This document shows, piece by piece, positions 1 through 28,447 of a DNA stretch of 64,000 nt. The notes under the pieces were generated by a model, which saw only the letters and a program-made list of their open reading frames with translations, was not told where the DNA came from and did no database searches. The position numbers and the translations under genes are program-made. Origin of the DNA: Chrysomallon squamiferum (Eukaryota; Animalia; Mollusca); NCBI GenBank assembly GCA_012295275.1, contig CM022678.1, forward strand, positions 4,898,001-4,962,000, read 5' to 3'. How positions within the stretch are numbered: the first letter of the stretch is position 1; the number at the start of each line of letters is the position of its first letter.

Positions 1-199
1 AAATTTATTAGGCTAATAGAAACAATACATAGGCTTCAGATTCAAACACATAGGCACACACACAGATACACACACACACACTCATAAACAATATTCACAC
101 AATACTCACACAAAAAGATATAGACCCACACAATACCACATGAACACACACACACACACAAAAAGACAAACACACCAGCACACTCAGACAGACTCTTAC

Positions 200-7182
<6,983 letters not shown>

Positions 7183-7855
7183 GGCAAAAAAAAAAAAAAT
7201 GTTTACGAATAATTTCTCGTTAAAAATCTTGACGACTGATCTATAATTATTCGTACGTGATGTGTCCCGTACTTTCAAAAAAGACACTTGTTGTTTTGAT
7301 TTTGTAAACAAACAGTCACAGTGGAATAAACAGTTAATTTACTGTTAGTCGTATCGGAGGCTGAAGGAGCCTAAACTAGGGACGAGAAAACCAACAGCCG
7401 AAGTATCACGTGCGTTTTGTTTTCTTCGCAATATCGATTCCATCGATAATTTCTGACACTGTTGGTAAAATTTAATCTAAGTCAAACTCATCGACCTGTA
7501 TTGTGGAAATAATAATAATAATGGAAGAATACAAAAGCTCTTGACCTTCTAGGCTTGTATAGGACAGTAATTGTATTATTTTGAAGAGGTAGCGTTATTA
7601 GTAATAAACACTAACCTAAGTATTTTATTGCTAGATCATAATGATAAGCAAAACAATGCTTTTTTTTTCTTTCTTTTTTAAATCTGTTGTTAAGTATATG
7701 TTCGAAATTTATTGTTAAACAATACGTAAAATAAACTGATTAAAAAAATAATAATAATAATAATAATAATAAAAAATAAAAATAAAATACGATAAACATG
7801 TAACCTGTCAGTGGCAATTCAAATATTAATATATGTGTACGCAATTCTGTTTGTG

Positions 7856-7953
<98 letters not shown>

Positions 7954-8640
7954 GTGGAAATTAGTCTATCTGTAATCAGCGAAATGTTTTACTCTCATTT
8001 ATGTCATAAAACGGTTAATGAAGGGGCATGAAAACAAGCACTATATCTCGAAAAAAATAAAAATAAAAACAACCAAAAAACAAAGCTGCAGCGGCAACAA
8101 CAACGACATCAACTACAACAACAACAATAATAATACAGAAGAAGAAGTATAAGAAAAAAAAAAGCAACACGTTTTGTCTATACTATTGTTATTAAATTTC
8201 TGGAGGCATTTAAGTGGTGAAAATAGAAAGTAAAGCATCAAAATAAATGAATGAATTAAATTAAATAAATAAACAAAATAAAATTAAATTAAAATAATAA
8301 AATGAAATAAATAAATAAATAAAAATAATAAATAATAAATAAAATATAAATAAATAAATAAATAAATAACAACAAAAATAATGTTAACAAAAATAATAAT
8401 AATTTTTTTTAAAAATAAAGTCTAACAGTTATTAAATAATGATACTGCATGTATTTGTGCACATAAACCTTCACATTACACCGAATGTTTAAAAACCGGA
8501 TGGGGAGTTGTCGTTCCTTGTCAACGTTTTCACCTGCCAGGTAGAAAAACAAATTACCTGAATCACGTGACCATACAAAGGGGACGCCATTTTTGGATTT
8601 CAAACAATAACATGGTGCCGTTATGACATATTCACACATA
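7183..8640. promoter_or_regulatory. Divergent (head-to-head) promoter region between glutaminase and carboxylesterase
   Basis: Start codons are about 1.46 kb apart on opposite strands, with CpG-richer patches near each. E-boxes CACGTG at 7407-7412 and TCACGTGA at 8563-8570. Confidence 0.55.
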
Positions 8641-16542
<7,902 letters not shown>

Positions 16543-16846
16543 TGTTTTAATCAAAATAATTGCATTTACGCTTTTTTTCCACTGGCTCTGTTCTGTTATT
16601 TTTTACACTTTTCAAGAGACGGCCATTTTGATATAACAGAAAATGTTTTTAGGTTTCCTTCAAAGAAACAAGGTCACAATTTAATCACTTTTTTGTACAT
16701 GTCTTGTTTAATTTTGTTTGTGTTATAAGATGTATTATGTATTATAAAATGAAAGTTAACTGCTGTTCTTGTAGTTTATAATTAAATATTTATGCAGTAT
16801 TTAGAAATTAGCACCAAAGTTGTTTATAGTCTCAGGAAGTTTAAAA

Positions 16847-16880
<34 letters not shown>

Positions 16881-17391
16881 TTAATTCTGATATGTTAAAT
16901 GCTAAGAATATTTTGTATAGTGAGGCCCAAAAAATTACATGTTCTTATTCTCCATGTTATTATTATTAAAAAAGAAACAAGAAATACACATTTATTTCAT
17001 TTTTAATGGCATGTCAGTACTCAAAAACCATTTTTTGTTTTCAAGTTAATAAAACACTAAGTAGTCATCACTTATTCCTGTTATTAAAGTATTATTTTTA
17101 TTACTACTACTGTAACACCCTTGTTATGATTGTTTCTACTTATACCAATAATAATAAATTAATAAATAAATAAATAAATAAATATATAAATAAATAAAAA
17201 TATTTAAAAATAATCTACTCTTAGCACCATTAATAATGTAGTTATTTACCTATTTAGTTTTAATATATTACATTATGATCTGTTTATGGTCAAAAGGATT
17301 GGATTGTATAAACTATTATTAAACTGTTAATTTTCTTTTTTCTTTTTTCTTTTTTATTTACTTTTATTTTTTTTTTTTTTTTTTTTTTTTT

Positions 17392-17434
<43 letters not shown>

Positions 17435-17435
17435 T

Positions 17436-17468
<33 letters not shown>

Positions 17469-19160
17469 TTCATTTTTTTTTTTTTTTAAATTAATTAACT
17501 GAATATCATGGTGCTGCTTTCTGTGGTAACTTTCAGATACGATGAAAAAGCTTCAACTCAGTACTTGGCTGACTGGAAACAAACACAGTGCTGATAACAA
17601 AAAATCTCAGTTTAATGGTGAGATTTTTAGATAGCATATAACCTTACTGTGACCATCCACACGAAAAGGTACCATATGTGAACTGAAGAAGAAGATAAAA
17701 AAATGCATGCAAGAGTCTATCGCCATCCATAACTTTTTCAAATCAGTGTATTTTTTATTTTAGATCAAAACATCATCTTGAAATTCACAGCAATTTTTTT
17801 TTTTTTTAAAATGATAATAATAATAATAATATAAAATTAGAAGTTAATCAAAATGTAGGATTCAAACTGACTGAGCACAGTACTTTGTTAGAAATTATCA
17901 CATTTTTTGTAAAGACCTTTTGTCTGCTACTAAAATAGAGTTTAAAAAAATATATGAATGCTGCCATTTTTCTGTAGTCATGACATCTTTGTATACAGAG
18001 TGGAACAAACTGCTCTAGTGTTTGTTTTTTCTAATATTGTCAAAAAGAAAATTCAGCTGTCATTTATGCTTTTTTGTCTTGTCATGACAACTTCAGTTGG
18101 TTTAAAATGATGATATTCAAATGATTTATAGTTGTTAGGTTACTGTCATATATCTGTTTTTAATGGACTGTTGTCTGTAACAGTAAAAGAATAACATGGA
18201 GGAAGTATGACAATCTTTTTTACACCATTTATTCAAAACTTAAAAGTTTTAATTTCACCGATTTAACATATTATTATTTTTGATAAAATAATGATCACAC
18301 TTCATTGGTTTTTAATTGAGATGTAAAAAATAACTCGTATGGAGTTTAGTTAAATTTTTGTTTCATCTCCATGACAACCTTTTCCCCATTGATGCCTTTT
18401 CATGTGGAAAGTCTCGAGTAGTTTTTTTTTTTTTTTTTCTGTTATAATTTTTTATTTTAATTTATATTTATTTATTTTGTTGCACATGATTTTTTTATAT
18501 TTCACCATTTTATTTTAATTTAATTATATATATATATATATATTTTTATTTTTTTTATTTATTTATTTTTTTTATTTATTTAGATCTTCCTTTTTTTCTG
18601 TTTGGTGTGTGGATCTGCAATCATACATAATCCAGCTTGCAAAACTTGACTTACACTGATCATTTTGATAACAGATTTTAATTAAGTTTAGAGCTTTTTT
18701 TTTTCATTTCAGTTTGAAATGTTGTTGTTATTTGTTGTATTTTATTTTTATTTTTTATTATTTAATAGCAAATGATATAAAAATGAAACTAGTGCAAGTA
18801 AATTTTCAATCTATCAAATTTAATTATTCTATTATGATGAGAAATGTGTTACTTTTTTATATTTTTACTTATTTATTATTTTGTAATTTTGCTTTTTGTC
18901 ATATGCATTAAGTATATCTGTGGCTTTAAGAATTTGTTTTAGAATTTCAGAATCTTGCATTAACATTTCTGCAAGAAAAAGGTGTAAAATAATTGTTTCC
19001 TTTTATTTTTCACTATTGGTTGTTTGCTTCTGTTACTTTTTTCAAATAATGTTTATTTGTTGTTTGTTGTTTTTTCTCTTTTTGTATCTAGAAAATTTGA
19101 TGGCTTAGATTATAGAAAAGTATAGAAGAGAAATTTTTTAGTCAGGGTTTATTTATGACC

Positions 19161-19218
<58 letters not shown>

Positions 19219-20205
19219 CAACAGAAAATAATGTTGTACAATAAAACTTAAATTCATAGAATTTTAATTTATTGAATTTTTTTTTTTTTTCAGTTGATTG
19301 TTTCTCATAAATTGATTTCCATGATGGAATGCTGATCTCACTTCTTTCTTTTTTAATTTTCATTTAAATAATCTGTTACAGTGCTGATAGTTCCTGGTTC
19401 AAATCCCAACAGAGAGTAATAGAAATATCTAATGCTTGAAATTATAATATAAATTTTTACATCTGTCATTTCATTTTTTTATCTAAATGGGTTTATAGAA
19501 ACTGAAAGTCATAGCTAGTGTTAAAAATGATGACTGTAGTGTTACAGAAATGATTCTGGCAAGTGCTGTTCTACAAAATATATTGATAGTATATTCAGTG
19601 AAGGTGTTTACAAATAGTATTGGTCCATTTATTTTCATAAACAGATTCAGATATATTAATAATAGATTCACTGAAAAGTCTTAGAATTTATTGCTTTGTT
19701 TGACTTGTAATACAGTAATTAAACACAGATATGAAACAATGAACAGAAATTATTTTTGCTGGATACTTCAAACATATAATCAGGCTTCAACATATTATGA
19801 CTTTCGATTTGAAAATTTCAAATGTTATAGTAATATACTAGTATTTCTTTCAGAAATGATATATACTTATGTTTATAACTACACAATACATTTTCAATCA
19901 ATAAATACTTGTATAAAGGACATCTGGTCTGACTCTAGTAGGATTTGAACCAATAACCAACCAGTTTGAATGTTTAAACTGCAGTATAATATAAAATATC
20001 TGTTTTGTGTTCTTCAAAAGTCTCATGAGTTTTTACCTTTTTATATGTATACCATACCTGTGAATTTTATACCATTGTAAATATATGTACTTGTGCTGGT
20101 ATTAAGATGTAATCTAAATACATTGTGCTTTTTTATAACCCCTTGTAGTAATAGTGGTATTTGGTTATAGTTCACCAAACTTTACTAATTATAAAGTAAT
20201 TCAGG

Positions 20206-20415
20206 GATAAAGATATGGAATGGAAAAAAATTAACGTGCTAATCAGAGCAAGCTGTTGTGAAGCACGTCTGCGACAGGCACGCTTTCTGACAGGTCAGCG
20301 GGCGTGTCCGTCGCAGAAAAGAGTTTTGGGTAGGGAAAAGAATGGATTCTCGCCACGATTGCAGGACACAAGGAAGTGTCCAGCATATCGGATCGTAACG
20401 AGTTGATAAAGATAT
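20206..20415. mobile_element. Small GC/CpG-rich insertion flanked by an 11-bp direct repeat
   Basis: GATAAAGATAT at 20206-20216 and 20405-20415, and an internal 50-nt hairpin at 20268-20317. The left end matches 57410-57450 in reverse complement. Confidence 0.55.
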
Positions 20416-21130
20416 AATCTAAATACCTTTTGTACTTGTTTATAGTAATAATAGTGGTATTTGGTTATAGATAATCAAACAACAAAACAACAACAAACAA
20501 ACAAACAAACCATGGTAGCTTCCATCATTAATATGTTATTTTATTGACGTATTTTATTATTAAAAAAGTTTGGTATCGTGTAATGAAACAGTTATTTGCT
20601 AGTATACTAAAATATATATTTGTCTGTTACTTCTTAATGCAGTAATTAGACTTTAAATTTGGACACAAATGTGTGAGAAACTACATTTTATTTGTTCTGC
20701 TTGTATTATTACAAAGATCTATTGTATTATAATTGTGTTGGTGTCATTATAAATTTTATAAACTGAATATCAGTTTTATCAGTTTTTGATATAACGTTTT
20801 CCTTAATGATTACTGGTTGTAATATTTGCACATACATTTCAGTGTCTGTATGTCAAGACATGTGTAAACATGTGAGATTTAAAAAAAAATGTTATGTTTA
20901 ACAAATGTGATCTTTCTATTTTGCTCATAAAATGACAGACACAATACATTCCATTTTGAAACAATAACATTCCATCCCTCATACATAATGTTCTTGTTAA
21001 TAGTTAAATTAACTTGTTTGGAAGGATTCTTGTATTCTTGGAAGTGTATGGATGTTTTGTGTAAATGTGTGAGCATATCTGAGTGAGGTACATCTTTTTA
21101 AATATATAAATATATATATATATATGTATG

Positions 21131-21164
<34 letters not shown>

Positions 21165-21891
21165 TGCATGTATATATGTATATATGTATGTATGTATGCA
21201 TGTAGAGATGTGTGCATGTTTGTAGAAACACACACACATACAGGTGTGTATATGCATGTGTGTGTGTGTGTATGTCTGTTTACATAGATACAAATATAGA
21301 TGTAGATACACACACACATCTAAACACATGTATATGTTAATACACAGTTGTCATATTATGTAATATATATGTGTACACAACATTGTTATGTGACTACTGT
21401 GTATTAAGTTCTTGCACTTACTTTGTACAGATATAATTGGTAAAACCATGTTATTTCTCTTTATTATTTACACTGTGCTAATCAGATTTCATTCCAGAGC
21501 CTTCCAGTCCTTTTTACTTACTTAGCTGGAAAGTGACAATTGTGTAAACTTTCAAATACTGAATTGTAATGTAACTGATAAAAATTCAGTGGTTAATACA
21601 ACTGTTTTGTGTATTTAAATAATTCATGATACTGTTGCAATAGCATTCCCAGTTTATTCATTTATGTTTATTATTATGATTATTATTATTATTATTATTA
21701 TTTTTTTTTTTTCATTTCTTTGAATTCTTTGTTGTGGAAAATTTTTTTTTTTTTAATTGTTTTTAAAAAAAAAAAAATTTAATATAATATAAATATGTTG
21801 TTTATATACTGAACATCAAAAAATGCCAATGTATTATTTTAATTAATAAATTTGATATAAAAATATTCTGTATTTGTGTTGTCAATTTCTT

Positions 21892-21978
<87 letters not shown>

Positions 21979-22669
21979 CACTTTCTGCTAGCATATGTAA
22001 AAAGATGCGCTTAATTAATTAATGGTTTTATTCTTTCAAGTTACATGGTTGTTTCGTGACAAAAAAAAAGAAGAAAAAAGTTTAAAAAAACAACAAAAAA
22101 ACAACAACAAACAAAAAAAAAAAAACAAATAAAATAAATAAATAAATAATAACTGAATGAATGAAAAAAAAAAAAAAAACAACAACAACAAAGAGAAAAC
22201 GCTGTTCCGTTATTGCAAACATCACATCCTCAGTGAAGTGCTATATGATGTTTATCTTTAACCGTGGGAAAAGTGTTTCCATGGAACTAAATCAAAGCGA
22301 TGGGTCTTAGGAAAGATGTGTACTGCAGTTAACTGGGGATTTGTCTCTCTGCTATGCCCTCTAGCGATTTCATAACAAACTAATAACACGTTTAGCAGAC
22401 ATCACTTACTATCAAATTACGTTCTCGAGAGAAATGTTGCTCAAGCATCCTCTGAATTAGGAAAAGCTGCAAATAATTGGTTAATTGATTGATTCTAAAA
22501 ATAGAAACAAAAATACGTATACGAATTTCAGTCATGAAATGTATATAATTTATTTATTTATTTATTTATTAATTACTGGTTCATTTATGCATACACTTAA
22601 TTTAAAATTAGTTTATGAAAGTGGGTTAAATAAACCATAAATAAACTAAATCTAACGAAGAAGACTTTA

Positions 22670-22702
<33 letters not shown>

Positions 22703-22824
22703 AAGAAGAAGATGCAACGCAGAGAAATGCAGATAAATAAATAAATAAATGAAAACATTGTCAGACGGGCATGGAAAGTGGAGTGGAGAAATGCATGCAT
22801 ATTCTATAAGGTCCCGGAGTTCGA

Positions 22825-22888
<64 letters not shown>

Positions 22889-23263
22889 TTAAAAAATAAT
22901 AACAATTTACTAGCATTATCGCTTTTTTCCTTCTTTGTAACTGATAGTTTAAGACAGTTTTTAATATCAAAAGAATTAATTAGACACTGGAAATTCTAAT
23001 TCGTTCCTTCTGTTTGAATTTGAAGTACAGATTAAATATTAAAATAGCATCGTGTTTAGTAAAAATATAATGTTATATGCCGTTTAAACATTAATTCCCA
23101 CTACTGGAAACATATTTGGAAACATATTAAAAATAAATACTAAGTAAATAAATAAATAAATAAATATTTCATGCATATTTTTATATATCTATTTAAAAGT
23201 GCTACTGTGTAACCCAATAGTAAAATTTATTCAGAGTTGCTTGCCCTTGCCAAAGTGTAAGCA

Positions 23264-23770
23264 ATGGCGGACGTTAAGCATAAGTTAAAGAAATATAAAT
23301 ATTATCTATCCTCTGACAGACAATTAGATAAGGTGTGAATTAACGAAAATGATATATATAATACTGTTTCACTTGTAAAAATAAGACAAAATATAATCAT
23401 GTTCTTTTATGCTTTTTATGTTTAAATTGGGTTTTTAATTGCGATCGTCATACTATATCAGGGATATTATCAGTATATCACTATATCACGCAGTATATGA
23501 TATAATATATATCAGTATTTCAGTATTCCCTTTTCCAGTATGATTATAATCATGATCGTTATCTAAAGTAATTTTTCAGATTAACATTTGGATTCAGTCG
23601 GGCGTATGTAGCAAACATCATTATTTAGATTACCTAATTAAGTAATTTCCATATCTCACAATTAAAATGAAAATAGAAATTAAGATTGTACACAAACATT
23701 GTCTTACTGACAAATTTAAAAGACAAATAAATAAGTAAATAGATAAAAAAAAAAAAAAAAAATAAAATAA

Positions 23771-23806
<36 letters not shown>

Positions 23807-26565
23807 TGGTTTACACCCCAATAAGAACCTTTTTTGATTAAAAAAGAATAGTGAAAAATAGTAATATAAAATACAATAGCAATAGATAGTTGTTTTGATA
23901 CATCAGAAAAATTAAATAAAAAAAGTGGATCTATTTAATTTCATCCCTGAATCTTAGAAATTAAGATATAAACAATAAATTTTCAATATAATAATAGTAA
24001 TTGTAATAGTAAATAATAATAATAATAATAATAATCATAATAATAATAATAATAATAATCATAATAATAATAATAATAATAATTATAATAATGCTGTACT
24101 TAATAAGCACATGAATATTTTTATGTCTGTGTATATTAATAAATGTAATGACATTGGAATATGTAATTTTGAATTATAAATCAATGTATATTTTTTAAGG
24201 CATTGGGCTACAAGTTGCTGTATTTTGAATATAATAGGAAAAACATGATTCAAAACAACCATGTACTCATGATTTCGAATATCGAAAAAGCAAAATCTCT
24301 AAAATGTATTAAAATATAGAATATATAAAATATTAACAGTTATTTGAGATTATTTATTATAATTCTTTGTGTATGCATTTTATGTAATTATTTCGTTATA
24401 TAAATTTTATTTGTCAGGTCATGCTGGTGTTCAACAAATTAGCTATGCTGCCGATAACAATTGGTCTTCTTCAGGTAAATTAAAAATATATATAATATAG
24501 TACATTTTTTTTCTGTTTTTCACTCTCTCCCTCTTTATACAACACCCTAATATACCCATCCTTTTTCTTTGTTATACACAAATATATATACCCACTCTGT
24601 TTATTTGTTATATATATATATATATATATATACCCAGCCTCTACATTTTTATATACACACACACATACATCCACCCTTTTTCTTTGTAATAAACACCTGT
24701 GTGTGTGTTTTTGTGTGAAAAAGAGATTGATGGAGAGAAAGAGACAGAGATAGAGAGATACTTGAAAGATGGAACTAAAATGTGAGACACAGCAGATTGT
24801 GTGATAGATTATTATTAGTAGTATTGCTGTATCTTTTGGGCTGTTTTCAGTTTTGGTATAAAAATAAAGTAGACAGATTTGCTCTAAAGGTTATTGAAAT
24901 AATGAATATTTATACATAACTGACATAAAAATATACCTGTCTGTCTGCCATATATATATATGCAGTGTCACAAGTAAAAAATGTGTTATTCAAATATTTT
25001 GTGAGACACTATTACTATTACAGGTTGTTAAGAGCAATGATGTAAAGCCCCAAACAACAGCTTTGAATCATGAATAGTTTTATTATATGATTTATTCATA
25101 CAGCAAGATGTGCATTTTAAATGTGGTTTCATGATAATGTTAATGTTTTTGTTACGGTGTATAAATACTTACTACTGAACAATAAGAGTAGTATAATGAA
25201 CAATGATCATGTAATCTTTGTCACCTGTCATCTTTTTTTGATCAAATTGTGGTTTAACAGTTCTTTGTTCTTTGTGTATGTGGTTGAGAAAGAGAAAGAG
25301 AGAGAGAGAGGGAGTGAGGATTTGTATATTTGGGTTTGTGTGTTTCTGCACACATTTGTGACATAGAGAATATCTATATTTGTTACATTTGTGTGTGTGT
25401 GTGTGTGTATGTGTGCACATACATATGATACATTATTTAATCAGCTGTTGTCATTTTCTTTTAATACAAGTTTAATTATTATTTTAAAAACATTTTTTTT
25501 TTTTTTTTTTTTTTTGGATCTGTCTTGTCAATAATTATGTATCAGAAAAACCCAGCAAATTTAAATATATTTAAATATTTTTTTTTTTTTTTTAGGAAAC
25601 AGGAATTGGAAAAGTTGTTAACAGCTTCAGAAAGAAAGAAGGTGAAATTGGACAAAAGGCAAAAGAGTTGGTTTCAAAATGGAAATCATTGGTTCAGAAG
25701 GAAGCTGTATCCACAGATATTGGCCATTCTGGCAGAATGACCACAGAAGAAAATGAACATGAATCTGAAGCAGAGATGGAAGACAATGAAGAAAGAATGT
25801 ATGGAGAAGAACAAGAAGATAATAATGTTAGTGATGATGATAGAAAGTATTCCTCAGATTCTTTTGAATATAGAATGAAAAATAACAGCAGAGAATCATC
25901 AAGTGATAGAAATAAAGGTGTCAGTATTTCATCCAAAGAGAAGGAGAGATCACACAAAGATCATGCAGAAAATAACAAGGATGATGATTTATCTAGAAAG
26001 AGTTCCAGTCTTTCAAAACACAATAAACTCAACTCTGCTAAAAATGTTACACACCATTCCCAACATAAACATAATGTGGAAAAAAGCAGTTCCCATAATT
26101 CTTCTTCTTCTAGTAAGCAAAATTTGGAAAAAAGTAGATCCAGTTCTTCTCACAAACCTATTTCTAATAAAGACAGTAGTTCCAGTTTGAATACCAATCA
26201 CAGTTCTGTAAGAAATAGTTCTCATCATGTTTCAGGAAAAAGTAGTTCCAACGTGAAAAGTGATCACACTTCTGGAAAAAGTAGTTCCAGTAAATCTTCA
26301 CAGGATAAACACGGCAGGGCAAAGAGTGGTCACTCTGACAGCAGTGGTCACTCCACATCAAAACCAAAAAGTAGTTCCAAGGATAAAACTTCCTCTGCCT
26401 TAAACAGTTCAACCAAAAGTCTTTCAGAGAAAGTGGACTGTGGTTTTGAAATGGAGGACAAAGATGAGCTTGATGTGGATGATATGTTAGAAAATGTACC
26501 ACATCTCATTAGTTCAGGTAATGACAAAGCTGTGAAACATATGTCTTCACATCATTCTCCAGAGG

Positions 26566-26597
<32 letters not shown>

Positions 26598-28416
26598 CTG
26601 CACAGATCTAAACAGAGTCACAAAACAACAACAGCACATTCTTCTGCTAAAGTGACTCATATAAAGAATGAATCATCTTCTTTGTTGTCAAACAGTGATG
26701 TAAAAAGAGCTTCATCAGGACATGACAAAAAAGGTGAAAAAGTAACTTCATCATCATTGTCTGGGCAGCGTGGAAATGGAGAAAAATCTTCCAGGATTTC
26801 TAGTTCAGCATCTCATAAATCTGAAGACAGAAATGTTAAGAACTCGAGACATTCTGAACCAGGGGAAAAAAGTAAGTCTGAACCCAAGAATGTGGATTTG
26901 AAGAACAAGAAAGATTCAAGTTTGTCAACAGGACATCACAGTCATCACCGGTCTTCTAGCTCAAAACATCATTCTTCTCACAGTACAAAGGAAGGTGACA
27001 AATCATCGAAGCTGACTTCCCATGCCAAAGATAAACAGTACAGCTCTAAACCTTTGGATTCCTCAGCTGTTTCACCTTCAGAAACAGTGAAGAAAACCTC
27101 TGTTATTGAACAGGATATGTACACTGGTATCCCGAGTTCAGATGAAGATGAAATTACGTCATCGCTTAGCCAGAGCAACCCTTTGTCTAAGAAGGGGAGA
27201 ATCTCTCACTTTGCTGATGAGAGTGTCTCTGATTTGTTTTGTCTTGACGGAGGAGAAAAAATCATCAAGACCAAAGCCAAAGATTCGTCTGCCAGTGAGA
27301 AATACACCAAACACAAACATTCTGGGAGTTCTGGGCAGAAAACGGAAAGTTCTGGTCACAGATCTGCACACGATAAGAATAAAGAAAAGCCTGACAAAAC
27401 GAATCCTGCCATTAATTACTCGGATTCAGAGATGGATTTGTTTGCAAACGAGACTCAGCAAAAAGGGAAAAGTTCAGAAAACAAAAAAAGCAAAAATGTG
27501 TCAAAAAGGAAGCCCAAAGAGGAAAACGAAATGTCGTTCGACGACTTTTTGAGTTACGACATAAAAATCGCAAACAAGAAAAGCAAACTGACCAACAAGG
27601 CCACAGAGAAGTCTGGAACCCTTCATGACAAGTTCAGAGTGACTAAGAAGGCGGGTGGTGGTGACACAGCTGCTGATCCTGATAAACCTCTCAGAGTGGA
27701 TGCTAAATGCTCAAAGAAAGATGATGGAGACTTTGTTGTGCCTGTTCCTTCTAAACCGGTAATTTATTTATTTATTTATTTCTTGTTTTGTTAGTAATAT
27801 ATCTGTTAATCCAGTTCTAAATTATTCAAACTCCAGTACGTTAATGGGCCATCTTAATGAAATAAGAAATGCCACAAAATGTCATATCTGAATATTTAGA
27901 ATTAAATCCTTTTAGAAAAAAGAAGGAAGAAATATTTCATTTAATGACTGTGTTTTTAATCTGTTTTTATTTTATGTCATACATGTGTCACAACTGAGTT
28001 ATTCCCTTGAAGAGTTTTGGCTACTCTTTTTCACAGTTGTTGCCACCTGTTACCCTGGAATTGTACCACAGTTCTCCCCAAAATTAAAGAAGGCAAAGAA
28101 GGTTTTTCAAACACTGCATACAGTAGATATGTTGTCTTCACACCCAATTTAAGAAGTGGATGTACTATTAGTGAAATATTACTGAAAAAACAAATGTCAC
28201 GTCCTGGCTTACTAATTTACATTTTCCAAATAAAAATGTCATTTAAAACCATAAAACAGAAGTAAATGGTTAATAACAATATATATTTTTTTATATTTAT
28301 AATGTTATATACTTTCATTATCAATAGATTCTTAGTTTAATAGATCATTTTAAAATTTGCATATCCATGGACTAAATCCCATTGAATTACCTATGTATGT
28401 GTGTGTGTGTGTGTGT

Positions 28417-28447
<31 letters not shown>

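Noticed and set aside
17335-17490. About 150-bp T-rich tract as a retroposon poly(A) tail
   Set aside because: No identifiable element body or TSD, and the length is unreliable in homopolymers.
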